From a bacterium (GTDB taxonomy: Bacteria > SZUA-182 > DTGQ01 > JAFGSM01), in NCBI GenBank assembly GCA_049472355.1, contig JBLIRP010000025.1, positions 1 to 42,813 of the forward strand: a stretch of DNA of 42,813 bases, given 5' to 3'. Positions 40,701-42,813 of this stretch are shown here, one piece after another. Positions within the stretch are counted from its first letter, which is position 1. Each line of letters starts with the position of its first letter. Below the pieces are notes generated by a model that worked only from the letters and a program-made list of their open reading frames with translations, made no database searches and was not told the DNA's origin. A program made the translations under genes and the position numbers.

Positions 40701-42546
40701 CCACGACGTACACACATGGGCGGCAAACCCCGGAACCAAATACCTCAGGGGCCTGACCTCCCCCTATGCGCCCGGCGGGGGTTTCTGCCACGAGTGTCAC
40801 AGCGCCGATCCCGCGCCGAGCGTCTGCACCCCCGCCGTCAACCATCGCCTTGCACCGGCACCCGAGGGGATCATCTCCGTGGTTGAATGGTCTCCACTTT
40901 TGTTCAGCAATGTTGACCCCGGAATGGCCCGCGGCAAGGGAGAAAAGGGGGGGTATGTCGCGGCGCCCACCGGCCTTTCTCCCAGCGTGGGGCAGATGAC
41001 CTGCCTCACCTGCCACAATATCCATGCGGCGGAAACCACCTATGACGGTCAGGTCGCCGGACCGCAATCCGACGAATCGGTCCTGGTGGACGGAAGGCAC
41101 GGAAAGCTGCTGGTCATCGACAACGGTCACGGACCGGCAGGAAGCGACCTGTGCATCAACTGCCATCCCGATCATTCGCAGATCGTCGGGTCCGCCCACG
41201 ACTTCTCCCACCGGGGTCTGGACGGCCTGGGCGGAGGGATTGCCACCAAGGGGATCTGCTCCGCATGCCACAGCCCCCACCTGGCCCCCGGTGAAAAGCT
41301 CCTGTGGGTCCGTTCCATGGCGGAAGAGCGGTTGACCTTCGGGGCTGCGCCCGGTTTTGCCCTGGGATCGACCATATACTGCTATGATTGCCATTCGGGC
41401 ATCGTATGTGATGCGAACCCGCCGCCCGAGCTATTCCTCCCCTTCCCGCCCCAGGACGTGGCCTTCGTGGATGGACCGGGAGGGCTTATCGCAGGCTACT
41501 ACGAAAACGTGCCCGCCTATGTCCAGGACATACCGCCGCACCGCCTCCCCTCGGGGATGCCGACGGAGATCAAAACCGCGGGACACTTCGTGCGGCAACC
41601 CATACTCACCCCGGGCATTTCCCAGAACGATAAACTGGCCTGCAATGACTGCCACAATCCCCACCGGGGGATCACCAAGGAAGGAATCCCCAACCAGGCC
41701 TTTATCAAGGCGATCCTGGGGGGAAAACCCATGGGCCCCTACAAGGCGAGCATCAACATGGCCTATCACCCGGAGACCAGGGACAACCTGGAGAGCAGGC
41801 AGGCGTGTGTGGCCTGTCACGGGCTCGCCGAGCGGACCAATGCCCCCATCTACGCCCCGACCACCTTCACGAACGTCAATCCGCTCTATACGAGCGCCTT
41901 GCTCCTGGCCAGGCCGCCCAAAACCGTATACGAGCATTTCGATGCAGGCATCTATGCCTGCACGGATTGCCATCGACACAACAGGGCCATGGTCCTGTGC
42001 ATCGATTGCCACGGCTACCCCCCCACCAGCGTCGGCAATGGTTGGATGGGACCCGGGGATACCGACCAGAATTATAAAGGAGGTGCGGGGGCGCACTACA
42101 CGCATGTAGTGGAACACCAGTTTGTCTGCACCATGTGCCACAAGGGCTGTCTCCACGACCCGGGAGGCGCCACGGTGGTAAACCCCTCCTTCAAGAGGGC
42201 GAAGGTGAGCATCGACTTCGATACATCCTATGCATTCCCCAGGTCCTCGGGTGAGTTCCAGACCAAAATGGGATACTATGGCACGGACGGGAAGGCCATT
42301 ATCCCGCCGATCTATGATCCCATCAAACAGACCTGCTATGTGGGATGCCACAATCCGCTGGTGGGCGATCCCGACGATATTCCGAACCTGAACAATCCCA
42401 CACCGGCCTGGTCATTGCAGGCGGCGCAGGCGCCGACAGCGCCGACCTATCCAGGGGGATCCAGCACACCCACCTGGATAACGGTGAGGATACCCTATGT
42501 GATTCCGGGAGTGCTTCCTGGTACCTGGCAGATACCGGGGCTCTAA
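34714..42546 (+). CDS. Giant modular multiheme cytochrome c (49 CxxCH + 1 CX3CH by manual count)
   Basis: Signal peptide ending NTYA; three tandem 14-heme modules, a 5-heme module, a C-terminal CHGYPP..GAH..H domain and a Pro/Thr-rich tail. Confidence 0.95.
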   Translation: MPYTISDRSAPRCATLTLVVTCLLLFFCAVNTYAITGPHGDERIKSPKGVCATCHIPHRSKGPKIWARTSKKPGLYDGIHQLCATCHDGTMFFKGDAVSGGEVFMVDGYQSGGYSPANEYEGVFTVDTGPDGEPEVYASTGTDDVMDEMEGGSSTDGPFENHVMHGGADVGLDDALIYFDSEVFPLDPTDRDTYPQGPGLEHYQSGGAGVYCGTCHDPHNQPDERKSGGFYLRTRPGHKVGDPWYNRKPFCAQCHGEIHAPESDCLACHHPHLGRTMIKDNETLGRKIFLFPVEERPFIATPNVLSINDTGDDEWSAALCYGCHNGIQGNLWTQAGAVPICGEDITDDSREHHPMGTQAWLGDGSKVYNGLFIRAPGTPAEFLNKNGGLTCTSCHDGFHGPGPYTGTGAKGKNKRNNFLRWHFANPDGAGEPQSTDPSEDSADFCIACHSDKSASMLDGRHLHTRSEAYARNVTRLTFMADPNGSASETEVGCANCMFCHFIHDGTERQKTSTSESLETLVIRPDVDSLMRIAPLNLAWGEHLDNTDPFDYEDLCYGCHGDQAIVGELGAGSLLRPEEYYTHPFTVEPQIFIDPNSFPVSDGGENGVTDDYGAQQGEIFCGTCHDVHTGANRPYLRSQRSPYEANGFCEGCHDQDGFLSTSHPIDRGPNPDPQNGPVTAETFEDTLWGNGPVFSSGGSGNPGGITAPYDAAQSSSLLGTKGRVICLTCHNTHAARTSRKGEVPGDSSMVHGKLLVMDNFPTNSTEPGDELCRACHDRSIFPINGPHREDLASYEERGICHNCHVPHRAQSESKLWAIDLPGTFDGVHDMCNSCHNPLDSSTVSGQGNVFSKGQYENHVMFGGAVITTGECPEAPSLRLIGDVNTAIFPLDPNDWDTIPDKDDGSYCNRSTFSYREGGEGFYCGTCHNPHNDLSEDPNGYGDYLRAKDSSWIGGAGKRKPFCIQCHGEIHAPGSDCLDCHHPHQGKTLIEDDERIGRLILSQFSVVATAFTALPNVPEITDDPNDTNPSQFCYACHNPDAGGSAGIPVIYGDDTGDERREHHPMGTQASVTDTEKVKDGVFIRAPGTPPQFLNNNKQLTCTSCHDGLHGLGPFVGLGEREKSKANSFLRWVLNDGEDRDKPDFCLACHSDKTPFTHEGRHMVSPAESPNGRGGCMFCHFVHDGDERQTDPIQGIGIRTDLDALMRVPSLNLVWGDRQGDTDIFDYEDLCFGCHGTQAIVGGTGGAGALIDPNVHFTHPFTLVPDADIIGEGFPVADGTAMTIHDDYGTENGHMYCGTCHDVHDNRTAPYLGTHPSPYTTKGLCEACHDADSEFVPASHPVGVGPNPDPSDGAPTPAAFADTFHGGGPLFSQGGSGRPGGITYPFNATTGQSTLGGKGAVICLTCHNTHAAATSWEGTTKTDAREDHGYLLVKDNFVERSTLSPGSELCKACHPFGDTEYDFPSGDHGGGGLSGAEWGICNACHTPHGAVGPKLWSRPGYGAGPFQGFRQLCFTCHNLAGIAKTGAESVFKKALPGGQIPGDYLEDHVMRNWADIDGVAYYDPNTFPRDPSDHDAIPTGPKPQPDPHDGFYCGSCHNPHLQQGDAYLRSRGGNAGYPGKREDFCNDCHIDAHFQDQDDGCLLCHNPHQGGTRIEEDPNVGRLILIVDFRARTFTAEPNVDGFTGGDVSSTCYGCHGPSESDPNSISWENLGATCIYGDDAATVEDADSQARRRGKTLTYPPRDHHPMGRQARFGQCPRAPGADRSLFNKNGELTCTSCHSDNHQGDRGNNFLRWDFAKDNSHFCLRCHPNKQETKLGPLGGGHHQTWETSPVTRVVRTLATQNGKKTVTPITVRCGNCMFCHFIHDGEDQGDTPTPGVKTLMRISPVNLRWGDAWQDDDSLDYEDLCYGCHSRERIVGGVGSLGALIVPPLELGPEAAADPILGRRFSHRFRCEPNPASPTSIRLRSANPVFPLSDGTGEMVVDDYGTQAGRLYCGTCHDVHTWAANPGTKYLRGLTSPYAPGGGFCHECHSADPAPSVCTPAVNHRLAPAPEGIISVVEWSPLLFSNVDPGMARGKGEKGGYVAAPTGLSPSVGQMTCLTCHNIHAAETTYDGQVAGPQSDESVLVDGRHGKLLVIDNGHGPAGSDLCINCHPDHSQIVGSAHDFSHRGLDGLGGGIATKGICSACHSPHLAPGEKLLWVRSMAEERLTFGAAPGFALGSTIYCYDCHSGIVCDANPPPELFLPFPPQDVAFVDGPGGLIAGYYENVPAYVQDIPPHRLPSGMPTEIKTAGHFVRQPILTPGISQNDKLACNDCHNPHRGITKEGIPNQAFIKAILGGKPMGPYKASINMAYHPETRDNLESRQACVACHGLAERTNAPIYAPTTFTNVNPLYTSALLLARPPKTVYEHFDAGIYACTDCHRHNRAMVLCIDCHGYPPTSVGNGWMGPGDTDQNYKGGAGAHYTHVVEHQFVCTMCHKGCLHDPGGATVVNPSFKRAKVSIDFDTSYAFPRSSGEFQTKMGYYGTDGKAIIPPIYDPIKQTCYVGCHNPLVGDPDDIPNLNNPTPAWSLQAAQAPTAPTYPGGSSTPTWITVRIPYVIPGVLPGTWQIPGL

Positions 42547-42689
42547 CATGAAATGATCGGAGAGGGAAGGATTATGCTAATGGGCTATACAAAAAAAACG
42601 GCGATATGGCGTGACGTCCATACCGCAATGATTTCAGGGGAAGGGGAATAATGACCGCCGACGTGAAGACGAACCGGAGGTGCACTCGA

Positions 42690-42813
42690 ATGCACACGTT
42701 TACCCTGATGGCGTGTATTTCACTCCTTTTCTGCCTCCTGCTGCCCGGGGCACGTATCCTCGACGCACAGGGAACGCGGGAGAGGACCTCTCCCCCCAGA
42801 AGCTGTACAGGCT
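42690..42813 (+). CDS. Start of a secreted protein, probably another cytochrome c (truncated by the window end; alternative in-frame ATG at 42651)
   Basis: GGAGG RBS; MHTFTLMACISLLFCLLLPGARILDAQ signal peptide; ends S-C-T-G plus a T base, compatible with CTGCH. Confidence 0.5.
   Translation, partial: MHTFTLMACISLLFCLLLPGARILDAQGTRERTSPPRSCTG

Noticed and set aside
35326..42351. Long minus-strand ORFs (527, 413, 587 and 306 aa)
   Set aside because: Antisense shadows of the giant cytochrome.

Overview
GC-rich (about 60% in genes, by eye) chromosomal segment of a diderm anaerobic bacterium, probably Desulfobacterota-like (inferred from Rnf, sigma54 regulators, multiheme cytochromes and DUF39). 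Left part: partial SNF-family Na+ symporter, truncated DUF72 remnant, form IV RuBisCO-like protein fused to a cupin (both steps of an MTA-isoprenoid-shunt-like pathway in one chain), outer-membrane beta-barrel, sigma54-driven NosD-like beta-helix protein, amidohydrolase, PHP protein, non-discriminating-type aspS, tRNA-Leu(GAG) with a 53-bp tandem repeat trailer, AmiC-like amidase, Spy/CpxP-like protein, and a DUF39 + NIL-ferredoxin homocysteine module. Middle: a large PAS/GAF sigma54 activator followed by a phased enhancer array and a sigma54 promoter that points into an ORF-less structured region. This candidate sRNA has 12 nt complementary to the rnfB ribosome-binding site. Then rnfCDGEAB, dCMP deaminase, glyA, rpiB, a tetraheme cytochrome c and a UPF0104 membrane protein. 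Right part: a parvulin foldase coupled to a ~27-heme cytochrome, then a 2610-aa ~50-heme cytochrome built from three tandem copies of the 14-heme module found once in the smaller protein, and the start of a probable third cytochrome. This is a candidate modular extracellular electron transfer system. Heme counts are manual, and no database search was run.
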